Part shown: piece by piece, positions 47,208-60,700 of the stretch
Numbering within the stretch: the stretch's first letter is position 1
Layout: each line of letters opens with the position of its first letter
DNA from: an archaeon
GTDB taxonomy: Archaea; Nanobdellota; Nanobdellia; Woesearchaeales; GW2011-AR15
Reading direction: 5' to 3'
Assembly (NCBI GenBank): GCA_043801855.1
Contig: JAZDLQ010000017.1
Span: forward strand, 15,202-79,201
DNA: 64,000 nt
Translations under genes and position numbers: made by a program
Notes under the pieces: model-generated
What the model saw: the letters and a program-made list of their open reading frames with translations, nothing else
Databases searched by the model: none
Told to the model about the DNA's origin: nothing

Positions 47208-47735
47208 TCAATCCATTGCAACAACGCTGTCTACAAACATATTTAAGTCTTTTACTAATTCTTCGCTATCCTCTTTTAATGCGACAAAAACAGATTTTTT
47301 TCCAAGCACCCGTATCTTGGTGATAAGGTTATGCGTAAACTTAATGACTGAATTTATATCCTGATAAACAATAAGCGTTGAAATTGTGTCAAAAATAGCG
47401 TTATCGCATCCCTTGTCAGACAAACCTTCTGAAAATGCAAGGCTGATATCTGTCAATGCAGTAGGTGATGAAATATATGTGCAGTTATTAGTATTAGTGG
47501 TAGACTGGACAGTATTAGTGATTGCATCAACAAAATAAAATTTGGAAGCTTCAATATTTCTCGACTTAAGCGCATTTACAATAGTGTTACTCGGTTTATT
47601 TAGAGTAACATAACAGACTTTATTTGATATGCTGCTTACAAGAGATAGAAGTTCCTGGGAATTTTTTATATAATTTCCCTTGCTCATTACAACTAGAGTT
47701 ACTTCACTATTAAGTAAATCCTCTTTTATTCCCAT
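47208..47735 (-). CDS. Inactivated KaiC/RecA-like domain protein (DUF835/DUF7504-like)
   Basis: VCYVTLNKP, YFVDAIT, YISSPTALTDI, IFDTISTLIVYQ, MFVDSV; no Walker A. Confidence 0.7.
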   Translation of the reverse strand: MGIKEDLLNSEVTLVVMSKGNYIKNSQELLSLVSSISNKVCYVTLNKPSNTIVNALKSRNIEASKFYFVDAITNTVQSTTNTNNCTYISSPTALTDISLAFSEGLSDKGCDNAIFDTISTLIVYQDINSVIKFTHNLITKIRVLGKKSVFVALKEDSEELVKDLNMFVDSVVAMD

Positions 47736-48010
47736 TATTTTTGGTAAATATAAACTCCTTTTTAACTCTTTTGTATAAATTACGGCAAATAAAAAGCTTT
47801 ATATATCATATAAATTATTATTTTGCTTGGGGGTTGATGCTAGTCAATTATCATTGTTATTTGCATAATTAAGCACTGTTGGTGACTTATTGATCGTCTA
47901 CTGCGCTTATCTTGAAACAGACAAATAGCTTTATTTTTGATTTTGCACCTTATGTTGCCATTCCTGCATGATAGAGCAAGATTCTTTTTGGTTTTAGAAA
48001 TATTTATAAA

Positions 48011-48142
48011 TTATACTCTTTTTGATATATTATTATATCTTAAAAGATATAACTGATTGAAAAAATAAAATTATAATAAAAACTTTTATATAGTATAATT
48101 ATAACTAAGAAAAGATATAACATTATACTATAAAAGATATAA
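48011..48142. promoter_or_regulatory. Repeated 20-bp pseudo-palindromes, putative wHTH operators
   Basis: TTATATCTTAAAAGATATAA (48033-48052), ATAACTAAGAAAAGATATAA (48101-48120), TTATACTATAAAAGATATAA (48123-48142); weaker copy at 48011. Confidence 0.6.
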
Positions 48143-48162
48143 TACTCATCAGAGGGAAAACA

Positions 48163-48771
48163 ATTAAAGAGGGAAAGAGGGGGCTGGAATCTGAGATAGT
48201 TTCGCTTTTCAATAGAGATATAACTCTTTTAGCGAGCATCAATCAGCTTTCCAAAAAATTAAACAAGGCATACCCTTACATAAACAAAAAGGTAAGCGAG
48301 CTTATCCAGCAGGACGTATTTAAGAAAATTGATGTAGGAAGGTCTTATCTTTGCTCTGTAAACCTAAAAAATGAGCGCGCAGTTTTTCTTCTATCAATAA
48401 ATGAGATTGACAAAAAAGAGGCGTTCATAAAAAAGAACAAGGATATCAGGCTTGATGACATCCATTCATTAAAATCAAAATTCAAAGTCCATACTATCCT
48501 TTATTCATCAGGCAGCCTGATATTTGTCCTTGATTACATAAATGACAAAGATGCGATATTAAACCAGTATCCATCACTTAAAAAAATAAGCACCCTTTTT
48601 TTTGATAAGCAAAGTTTCCAGGAATATATCTTGTCAGATAGGGAAGTCATCGATAATCACATCCTTATCTACTCGTTTGAAAAATTCTTTGAACTGCTTT
48701 CTGAAATTGATGACCGGCTTATGCTTAAACATTCTTCAATATTTGGCAAAAACAGAGGCGGCCTGCAATGA
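48163..48771 (+). CDS. Winged-HTH regulator with degenerate nucleotidyltransferase-like C-terminal domain (not in ORF track; non-ATG start)
   Basis: Open frame 48121-48771: SINQLSKKLNKAYPYINKKVSEL...KKIDVGRSYLCSVNL; stop overlaps the next ATG (ATGA); start ATT 48163 or CTG 48184. Confidence 0.75.
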   Translation: MKEGKRGLESEIVSLFNRDITLLASINQLSKKLNKAYPYINKKVSELIQQDVFKKIDVGRSYLCSVNLKNERAVFLLSINEIDKKEAFIKKNKDIRLDDIHSLKSKFKVHTILYSSGSLIFVLDYINDKDAILNQYPSLKKISTLFFDKQSFQEYILSDREVIDNHILIYSFEKFFELLSEIDDRLMLKHSSIFGKNRGGLQ

Positions 48772-51700
48772 AAAAAAAGCTTAGCCTGATTTTGTGTGTA
48801 GTTGTATTTTCAGCGATTGCTTCTATTAGTTATGCAAATGCTGGTTATGTCTCTAAATATATTGCGCTTGAAAAAGAAACATATGCAGCAAAAGAAAGGA
48901 TAAATATCATCATTGATGCGCAGTCGCTTCCACAACTTAGCCTAAGGATATTAAGCGCTGAAAAAGAATATAGCTATTCTGGCCCTAAAAATACAGTATT
49001 TTTCTTGACGCAGTCAAATGGCCTGCATACAGTTGAGCTTTACAGCCAGAATATTTTAATCGATTCAGTTTCTTTTAATGTAAGCGATACCTTGCCAATA
49101 GTTTCACAACCTGAAATTAAAGAAGATGTATTACAAAAAAATTTTTCATTAATAAAAAACGATTCGGAAACAATTAATCAGCCTGTCCCTGCTCAGCATT
49201 CTAAAAGCCATTACCTTACTCTTGACAGAAAAGTCTATTATGAAAAAACCCCCGTAAGCATTAACCTATCAGCAGACCGATTCAAAAATGAGTCTGTTCT
49301 TGTAATAAAATATGCTGATAAGGAATATAAATTCATGAGTGAACTGACTGACACCATTAATTACATTCCATACACTCCTGGTAATTATTCGATCATACTA
49401 AAAGACCTAGTAAATAATATTATTGAATCAGTTGACTTTGAGGTATTAAAAAATGGAGCAGAAATTCCGCAAACTGATATCCATTTAAATATAACTGAGC
49501 AAAACAATCCAGGATTAAGCCAAGCTTTGCCTTCTATAAATAGTTCAATTCTAAATAGTTCTGTTCTAAATAATTCTAATGTCTCTTTTGGTAGTTTATT
49601 AAATGATACAATAAGCATATTTGAAAATAATATATCCGAATTTCAAAATATCACGAATAGCACTGATAATTATCATTTGATGCCATTAGATAATCTAACT
49701 AATCTAGTTGCAAAACCAAGGCAATTTATTAAAAACAGCAAAGGAGTATTAATGGATGCAACGTTTAATTTGACACAGGAAGCAGTAATTTTAGAAGCTT
49801 TTAATGGTTCTTTTGAAAATATTTCTTCTATTAAAAAATATAGTGCAACATTCAAGCCAAGATCAAAAAAAGATTTTGAACTAAAATTCAATGAATTTGC
49901 ATTCAATGATACAACTGAAATCAAATTTGAAGAGATTGATGTTTCCCAAGTAATTAGGCATAAAGAGCTTGCTGGGCTTGATGTTAAAGATGCATTTGCA
50001 ATAGACCCAACGCAGCTTGATTTTGCAAGCGCGCAGATAACAACGATTGCAAAAGGAACATCCCTTTACAAGTGCAAAGAATATGATTTTACAAGCCAGA
50101 TCTGCAATGGTTCCTGGATTAAAATAATGGATTTGATTCCAGGGCAGGAGTATTCTGTTGAGATATCACATGATGACCCTGCTTTTGCAGAAGTTGGCGT
50201 TGCCTCAATTAATTCACTCAAATCAATATACTATCCCGGGGAAACAGCAGAGCTTCTAATAGTTGTGCTTGACAGGTATGGATACTTGGCAGGAAACGCA
50301 AATGTTAGTGTAATTATTACAAGCCCAGCAAACTACAGCTATTTTTTATCAACAGATATAGGTTCGATTACAACTTTTGAAAGAGGGATTTACAGCGCCA
50401 ATTTTACAGGCACGATGGATGAAGGGTATTATACAATGCTTGTTTTTGCGTCAGGAATTAATGTAAACCAGACAATGAGCTCATATTTTATCGTAAAGAA
50501 TTATTATGAATTTGATATAATAAGAAATGCTCCAGTTACAATTGACCCATGGAAAAATTATTTTAATGTAAGTATTGAAATTATCTCAAACAATTATACT
50601 GGTACATTTAATTTTACAGAAAAAATTCCACTAAATTTCTCAATTATTGAAGCGCCTGGCGCAATATTAACTCAAGATGATGCCTTTAGGTATCTGACAT
50701 GGCGTGATGTGTATAATAGCACCAATTTTACATATTCTGCAAATGCGCCATTGATAACACCTGACCTTTATTCTATTGGTCCAGCGCAGATTTATTTTGA
50801 TAGCCAGATATTTGAAGAGGGGAGGCCTTGGTTTATTGCAGTAGATCCGCAGTTTGCTGCGTCAGCTAAATATGAAATATCACTAGCTTCCCTTGATAAC
50901 CAGACATTTGTAATCTCTTATATTGATGCAACATCATATGCAGCATGCTTTCAAGTGCTTGCAACAAATGGGACAGCTCTAGTTGGTGAGACTTGCCCAA
51001 ACGCAAATGTAGATGTTGATGGAAGAATTGATATTGCAGCAATTAATAGGACGCACTTTGCGATAAATATCTATGATGGGACAGCTGCTGATAATAATGA
51101 TGAGTACTATATATATAATAGGAATGGAAACCAGGAGCTTGGAAGGACAGAGTTTGATGCAAATGCTGGAACAAACGTCGATACAACAGTATGCTCACTG
51201 ACCGATAGGCTTGTTTTCAATTGGCAAGACCCAAATGATGGAAACGATGACCATGGTGAGATATGGAGTTATCGTGGAGTAAATCTTGTAGGCGAAACAG
51301 ATATTGATGCAAATAGTGCACCTGGTGCAACGCTGCAAAACTTAGCTGATTGCGCAGCAATTTCATCTACAAGATGGATTGCAGCAGAATATGATGATCA
51401 GGCAAATTCAGCTACTGTTGCAGTCTATTCAAATACATTTGCGGCAGCAATTGCGCTATTTAATGTTGATGCAAATGTTGGAGAGACAGGACAAGTTGCA
51501 GTAACTGCGTTAAAAAATAACAGATATGCATTCCTTTATTATGATAGTAACACTCAGGACATTTCTTTTGCGATAGGCGATATTACTGGTGATGTAAATA
51601 CCTACATCACTGGCCCAAAAGTGATTGAGAATAATCCTGGAACTTCAGCAAGGGTTGGTGTTACTGAAGTTCTTGTAAATGGTGTTAGCTATGTTGCAGG

Positions 51701-54700
51701 TACATGGTATGAGCAGGCAACAGGAACTATCAGAGCAGCTGTTTTTGACCAATATGGAAACTTAACTGTTCCAATATTTACTGTTGAAAATAACCCAAGT
51801 GCAACAAACCTTCTTTTGGGAATTACAGGAGGAGATTCGCTGTCAGGCACAAGCCTTTGCAACAGGAATTTTATAGTTGCATATACAGATAGCGCAAATA
51901 CAGCACAATATAAAAGATACAATTATCACGGAGAGCCTTGGGATGGCATATGTGTTACAGATTCTCAAGTGCCATCAATAAGTTTGAATGTGCCTTATAA
52001 CAACTCTGTTTATACTTATTCAAACATCACTTTTAATATTACAGCAATTGACAACCGTGACATCAGCCTTTGGTGTAATATTAGTGTTGATGGCGTATTA
52101 AGAGTTACAAATTACAGCGCAGCAAACAATTCATTTAATTTAACAACAATTAATGTTGCTGATGGATATCATTCATGGAACGCAAGCTGCGCTGATGATG
52201 ATAACAACCGCAACTTTACGCAGTTAAGCTATTTTTCTGTTGATGTTTTAGACAATAAGCAGGTTGATGATTCAGAAGGAGTTGATGTAGCAGGAATTGC
52301 TCTTGACAACACAACAATTGTAACAGCATGGATAGACACAAAAGATTCAAAAGCCTCTTTTGCAATCTGGAACACAAATGGCACCCTTATTAAAGAACAA
52401 ACTGTAGTTGATTCATTAGTTGACACAATTAGCAGGATTGCAATTACTCCTATAAATACAACTCATTTTATAATTTCTATAGTAGATGGCCCTGAAGATG
52501 ACCTTGACTTTTATATCTATGACAGGAATGCAACTCTTGTTTTAGGAAAAACAGAAGCAGACAATGATATCGGTGCATTTACAGATGTCAAAATATGCCA
52601 GCTTGGAACACAGTTTGTCTTAGTAGACGCAAATGACAATGACAATGATGCAGATTTTAGAGTTTATAACAATATTGGGACAATTGCTGTCACAGAATTA
52701 AATGTAGATGGTGGAATGGAGCCCGATGTATCGCTAAATAATCTTGTTGATTGCGCAGCTCTATCATCAACTAGATGGGTCTATTCATGGTTTGACGACG
52801 GTTCTGATGTTGTAAGTTATTCAGTTAGGGATAATGCAGGAACAAGTATAATTGGCCAGACTAATATTGACGCTGCATCTGGCGGCACAGCGCAGGTTGC
52901 ATCAGTTGGTTTACGTAACAACAGGTTTGCATATGCATTTTATGATGCAGCTGCAACTACTGTTTATTTAACGATCAGGGAATTAAGTGGTGCAGTTGTA
53001 AATACAATTCTTGCAAATACTGTACTTGATGCAACAGCAGGCGCATCAAGCAGGGTTGCGGTTACTGAGGTTGAATTTGGAGGCGTAAGCCATGTGGCAG
53101 TAGCGTGGCAGGATACAACAACAGGTGATATAAAAGCTGCTGTTTATGATTCCGATGGAGCAGTTGTTGCACCTCCATTTACAATCACTGCAAATGAAGA
53201 TGATGCATACAGCCTAATTTCATTAGTTGGAACAAATTCATTATTGAATTTTGGCTTATGCGACGGCAAATTTGCAATTATATATACAAATTCATCGAAT
53301 AATTTAATGTTTGATACTTTTTTTGATGTTGGCGTTCCATGGGATGGAAAATGCACTCCTGATGAGACGCCTCCTGCTATATCATTAATTGAGCCTATAG
53401 CATATGCAAATTATACCAATTCAAGCATATTGTTTAACTGGAGTGCAGCAGATAATATTGATCCAACAGTTCTTTGCAATCTTTATGTTGATGGAATAAG
53501 AAAAGCAGAGAATATTTCAACAGGAACTGATGATTTTGCTAATTATACATTAGGGATACCTGATGGAAACCACACATGGAATGTATCATGCTTTGATTCC
53601 AGGCTTAACTTAAATACAAGTGTGACAAGATACTTCACTGTTGATGTCCCTCAAGGTTATATTGATTCAAATGAGGCAGTTGATGTTGATATGGCAGCAA
53701 TTGATAATACAACATTAATTGTTGCATGGATTGATAATCAGGCAGGAAGGCCTGCTTCATTTGAAGTTTGGAGCACTAATGGTACATTATTAGTTGATCA
53801 GACAATAGTTGATGCAACTGGTGACAGGGATTCAAGAGTTGCAGTAAGCGCAATAAATAGGACGCATTTTGCTTTTGTTGTTGCAGATGGCCCTGATGAT
53901 GATATTGATATATATGTCTATCATAAAAATGGTTCAAGATCAATTGGGCCAACGCAGCTTAGCGCTGACACTGCAATTTTTACTGATACTTTTGCTTGCA
54001 GCCTTGGAAACAGGTTTGTTGCAGGATATGCAAATGATTTTGATAATGATGCTGATTTTCAGATTTACACAAATGCCGGTGCGCAGGTATTAATAGAAAC
54101 AAATGTTGATGGCGGCATGAATCCAGATGAACGGAGCCAAAACTTAATTGACTGCACAGTACTTTCTTCTACAAGATGGATATATTCATGGTTTGATGAC
54201 GGCTCAAATTTTGTAAGCATTGCAGCAAGAGATGAAGCAGGAACAAATGTTGTTGCCCAGACAAACATTGATGCAGCTGTTGGCGAGCAGGCGCAGGTTG
54301 CCTCAGCTAATCTGCTGAATAATAAGTTTGGGTTTTTATATTATGATTCAACAAATAACAACATAAATTACACTGTAAGGGAGTTATCTGGTGCAGCTTT
54401 CACAACAATTTTACCTAGCACTCTTCTTGATGATAATGCAGGAGCAGTTGCAGTTCTAAGCGCTGCTGAAATAAGTGATGGCATTGAAAGCTATAATGCG
54501 TTTGTATGGCAGGATAATGATGCAGGAAACATAAAAGCAGCAGTAATAGATTCTAATGGTACAATAATCACAGCGCCTTTTGTAATTAACAGCGCCCCTG
54601 ATGCATCATACCAGCTTATTGATGCAGTCGGTTATGATTCAGTTATAAATAATGGCTTATGCCCTGGAACATTTGCTGTTGCATATACAAATTCATCTGC

Positions 54701-57700
54701 TGAATTTACATTTGATTTGTTTTATTTTAATGGTGAGAGATGGGATGGTGTATGCAGATACACACCACCTTCAATTGCATTTTCATACCCAACACCTGGC
54801 GATGGCGTTCAAACGTCAAATGACAGTGTCCAATTGAAAGTAAGTATAAATGAATCAAACATGAAAAGCCTTACATTCACATGGGATGGCACAGGATATA
54901 CGCACTTTGATGACTCGCTTGTTTTGATGTATAACTTAGATAATGTCTCAGCAATTGGTGAGACTGGTACAAGAGTAGTTGACTTAAGCGTTCATGGTAA
55001 TAATGGAACAGTAACTAATGCAGTTGCAAACGCAAGCTGCCAATTTAACGGCTGCTATTATTTTGACGGTAATAATGATTACATACAAACTGCTGATGCA
55101 CCCGAACTTGGCCAACGCGTAAATTTTACTGTATCAATGTGGGTCTATGATACTGATCCTAGAGTTGATCGACAACTTGAGAAAGGCGATTCATATTTTT
55201 TCCTTGATGATATAAATGCTGGAGGGTGTGCGAACCCTGGCAGGTGGCAGTTTTTAGTTAAGCAAAGCAATGTTAACTTTTGTGTCGAAGATACTGTAGC
55301 GCATGAGCAGAGCAGATGGTATCATATACTTGGGATGAAAAATGACACGCATATTTCAATATATGTAGATGGCGTGTACAAGGCAAGTACAACTTTATCT
55401 GGCTTAATCGATGACGATGACCTTGCACTAATGATTGGCGCAGATGATTCAGCAAGCAATGATTTTATAGGATTAATCGATGAAGTAAGGATCTATAATA
55501 ACACTTTTAACAGTTCAGAAATAAGGCAATTGTATTATTCAAGCCTGAATAAATATGCAAGTGATAAATGGTATCTAACTGTAAATGAAGGCGACCTTGC
55601 CTTTGATGGCAACACCTATAAGGCTCAAGTGTATGATAATTACGGAAGCACAAGATCTACTGGGCAAAGGACACTTAACTATTATCTATATAGTTTGATA
55701 GATACAGACCCTCTTGTAGATATTGATACAATTGCAATAGATTCAACAAAAACAGTTCTTGCCTGGATTGACGGCGGAAGCTTTGAAGCTGATTTTGAAA
55801 TCTGGGACACTAATGGAACAATTCTTGTTTTTAGTTCTACAATTGATGCAACTGGAAATGCTGAAAGCAGAATTGCTCTTGCAGCAATAAACACAACAAC
55901 ATATGTTATTGGAATATCTGATGGCCCTGATACTGATGATGATATTGATTTTTATATCTATGATATTTCCGGATACTTATTGTCTGGGCCAACTGAAGTA
56001 GATGACAATATTGGGGATGCAGGTTCAGATGAGAGTGACGTTGCACTGTGCCAGCTTGGCGACAGGTTTGCAATACCTTATGTTGATGACACTGATGTAA
56101 CAGATAATTCTGCATCATTTTGGATGTATTACAACAACGGCTCATCGATTCCTGTAAGCTATGGGCACCTTGATGATGTTATTGCTCCTGGCAGGACAAG
56201 GCAGAACCTGATTGATTGCGCAGCATTAAGCTCTTCTAGGTGGGCTTCTGTCTGGTTTGATGATAACGATAATGATGCTACAATGAGGCTTGTTGATAGT
56301 GACGGGAATTTTTTAACTATTGAAACAGATCTAGATACTGATATTGGTGAAATTGGACAAGTCGCATCAGCCGGGCTTCCTGATGGAAGGTTTGCAGTTG
56401 CATACTATGATTCAACAGCATTAACTATTGCAATTAGTGTTCAGGATACAAGTACAGATGCATTTGTTCCAGTTTTAGCGCCGACAGTGATTGATGCAAG
56501 TGCAGGAGCAGACAGCAGGGTGTCAGTAGCAGAAGTTGAGTCTTCTCTTGGAGGAAGCAATTTTGTAGTTGCTTGGCGCGATACAAATGCAGGTGATATA
56601 AAAGCAGCGGTATATGATGATGATGGCCTACAGGTAACAGCGCCATTCACTATAACAACTCTGCCGCATGCAACATCCCTTATACTTGATGTTGTTGGCA
56701 CAAATTCTCTTTTAGGCTTTGGCCTTTGCAGTGATAATTTTGGAATATCATATGCAAATTCAACTGGTTCATCAGTTTTTGAAATATTCAATATTGATGG
56801 GTCACATTGGAATGGCATATGTGAAAAGTCACCCCCATTAATTGAATATACTGGGCAGACTCCTGCTGACCTGTCTTTTTCAACAGTCACTTCATTTGAA
56901 ATGAATGTAAGCATAAATGAGTCAAACCTGCGCGATGTCACATTATCTATGGATAGGGTTGATTATAGTATTTATGATTCAACTCTTGCACTAATGTTTA
57001 ATTTTGATAATATAAGTTCAATTGGAGATAACGCAACAAGAGCGCTTGATGTAAGCAGATATGGAAAAAATGGGACAATCAACGGGCCATTGTCATGGAC
57101 ATCAAGCGGAAAGTATGGGGGCGCTTATTCATTCAGTGACAATGCAGATTATATTTCAGTTCCAAATGATGCAACACTTGATTTACAGTCAGCATTTACA
57201 TTAAGCGCATGGATAAGGCCTGATAATTCAGGAAATTCTGATTACCAATCTATAATTACAAAAGAAACTGCAAGTGATAATCGGAATTATTGGCTTACAT
57301 TATGGACTGACGGAACACTGCATCTAAGGTTTTCAAGTTCATCGTTTGCAAGTGACTGTGATGCGGCAGGAGCAACAGACCTTCGTGATGGGACTTGGCA
57401 TCATGTTGCAGGAATTTATAATGGGACGCACTGCCAACTTTTCCTTGATGGTGCAACGCATGCGACAGACACAGTTGCTGCATCTCCTCAAGGGATTGGC
57501 TCATCTTTGTACATTGGATATGCGCAAGGAACCGCAGGAAGAGGGTTTGATGGATTAATAGATGAAGTAAGAATTTTTAATACAGCATATAATTACAGCG
57601 ACGTAAGACAGCTTTATTCCTCAAGCCTAAATAAATATGATACAGACAAATGGCTGTTTTACTCAAAGGAAGAAAACCTTTCAACAGAACAGCACCATTA

Positions 57701-60700
57701 TAGCTTAACATCAATTGACTTGTTTGGAAACACAAATTCAACTGCAGAGCGCGGCTATTCAGTTTATCAGCAGGGTATCTTGGATGATTATGGGATGATT
57801 GATTTGTCCCTTGCATCACTTGATAATACAACTGTAGTTCTTGCGTGGATTGATGCACAGAATTATGATGCATCATTTCAGGTAAGAAGCACAAATGGGA
57901 CAATTATTGCAGGAGAAAATGATATTGATATTAATGGAAATGCAACAAGCAGGATATCAGTAACTCAACTTAACAGGACAACATTTGCAATAGGAATAGT
58001 TGATGATCCTGAAGATGATGTTGATTATTTCATATTCAATAGAGATGGCACAAGAGTTTTATCGCGAACACAGGCAGATAATGATGTTGGTGCAAATACA
58101 GATATCTCTCTTTGCACGTTTGGCGCAAGATTTGCAATAGCAAATGCAAACGATCAGGACAATGATGCAGATTATAGGATTTATTCAAGAGAAGGCGCTT
58201 TGCAGGTATCTGAATTAAATGTTGATGGTGGAATGGAGCCAGATGTGCAGTTGCATAACCTTGTCTCCTGTGCTGGTTTAAGCGCAACACGATATGCTTA
58301 TTCATGGTTTGATGATGGCAGTAATGTAGTTAGCGTTTCAATTATCAATGAGACAGGTGGTGCTGTAATAGCACAGACTAATATTGACGGCGCATCAGGT
58401 GAAGCAGCTCAGGTTGCAATAGCAGGCATGCGAAATAATATGTTTGGCTATATATTTTATGATGCAGCAGCAATAACCGTATATGGTACAATTAGGCAGG
58501 TAAATGGGGTTGCGCTGACATCAATTCTTGCAAATACTGTACTAGATGCAACACTTGGCGCATGGAGCCGGGTTTCTTCTGCTGAAATTGAATCATATGG
58601 AAAAAGCTATATTGCATTTGGATGGCAGGATACAACATCAGGCGATATTAAAGTAACTGTTTATAATGCATCAGGAAGTGTTATTACATCTCCTTTTGTT
58701 GTTGCACAAAACATTAGCGCAAGTAACGTCTTATTTGAAATCGCTGGAACAAATTCACTATTAGGCTTTGGCCTTTGCGATGAAACATTTGCAATAGCTT
58801 ATACTAATTCATCAGGAACAGCAGTGATTGACACCTACGATATATATGGAAACAAATGGAACGGGATATGCGATAGAAATGCGCCAATTGCATCATTTGT
58901 AAATCCAACTCCAGCAGATAGGGCTCCAATTACACAGGATTTTTTTACAATAAATGTAAGCATCAATGAATCCTCGCTTAGCAAAATAAATTATGCATTT
59001 GACTTATCCAGTTACTTAATTTATGATTCAAATACAAAACTTTTGCTTAATTTTGATAATCTTACTTCAATTGGAGAAAACAGTTCAATAGTTGCTGATA
59101 TAAGCAGTTATGGAAATATTGGAAATGTAACTGGCGCATTATTAAATACAAGCCTCTGTAAAACAGGCTTTGGAAAATGCTACAGCTTTGATGGCAATTT
59201 GGATTCAATTGAATTTCAGGATAGCGATTCACTATCGCTTAGCGTTAATTTTACTGTTTCAATGTGGCTATATGACACTTCAGTGCAGAATGATAATATG
59301 CTTGAGAAAGGCGACTCATATTTTATAAAAGATGACTGGACTGCAGACGGATGCACAACAGCTGGAAGATTCCAGTTCCTAGTTAGGCAGAGCAATACAA
59401 ATTATTGTGTAGAAGATTTAGCAGCACACAATCAAAACCAATGGTACAATGTAGTTGGTGTCAAAAATGATTCTCATATTTCAATATATGTAAATGGCGT
59501 TTATAGATCAAGTAGCGCACTTGCAGGAAACATCGATGATGATAACCTTCCGCTAGTTATTGGTGCAGATGATTCAGCGTCAGCAGATTTTATTGGTTTA
59601 GTTGATAAAGTTGCAATTTTTGGAAAAGCACTAAGCAGCGCAGAAGTAGCGCTTCTTTATAACATAAATATATACAAAACAGATGCAACAGGCTATGCTT
59701 TAGAAATAAACCAGACAGCCCTAACTCTAGGCATGCATAACTATACAGCATCAGCTATGGACACTTCATTAAATACGCGCCAGCTTGAAACCAGATTAAT
59801 TTCATATTATTCACTTAGTTACCTTGATAATAATCCTTTCCTTGACATTGAACTTGCCGCTCTTGACAACACAACTGTAGTAATTGCATATATTGATTCT
59901 TACACTAATGAATCATCATTTTATATAATGGACACAAATGGAACTGTTTTGGTTGGTGAAGTAGATATAGATGTTGATGGTAATTTTGAATCAAGAATAT
60001 CAGTTGCGCCAATTAGCAGGAATAGTTTTGTGATTGCAATAATTGATGGGCCTGAAGACGATGTTGATTTTTTTATATATAATAGGACCGGCGGGATTGT
60101 GCGCGATAGGACTCAAGTGTCTGCTAATATTGCGTCAGCAGTTGGAGATTCTCATAGTGATATTGGCCTATGCCAACTAGGAGATAGGTTTATTATCACT
60201 TATGCAAAAGATATTGGCGCAGGCTCAGACCAGGATGCTGAATTTCAGGTTTGGACAAACGCAGGAGTCTTAGTTACAGGAGAAACAGCAGTTGATGATG
60301 TGATGAATGCAGAGCATTATAATTATAATTATGTTGACTGCGCAGCAACATCAGCCTCCAGATGGATCTATACATGGTTTGATGATGGAGATAATGATAT
60401 CTCAGTATCTCTTAGAAACCAGGTCGGAACTGCGGTTTTAGGTGCAGGTGACCTTGACACTGATGTTGGCGAAACAGCTGCTGTTGCTGCAACGGGTCTT
60501 CGAAACAATCGCTTTGCAACAGTATTTTTTGATTCAACTGACAATGACATCTCTTTTGAAATAAGGGATGTAACTGGTGACTCTTCTTATGCAATGGTAA
60601 TTGATAATTATGACATAGATGCAGATCCTGGAACAGAAAGCCGTGTTGCTGCTGCAGAAATTGAATATAACGGGCAAAGCTATTTTGTAGCAGCATGGCA

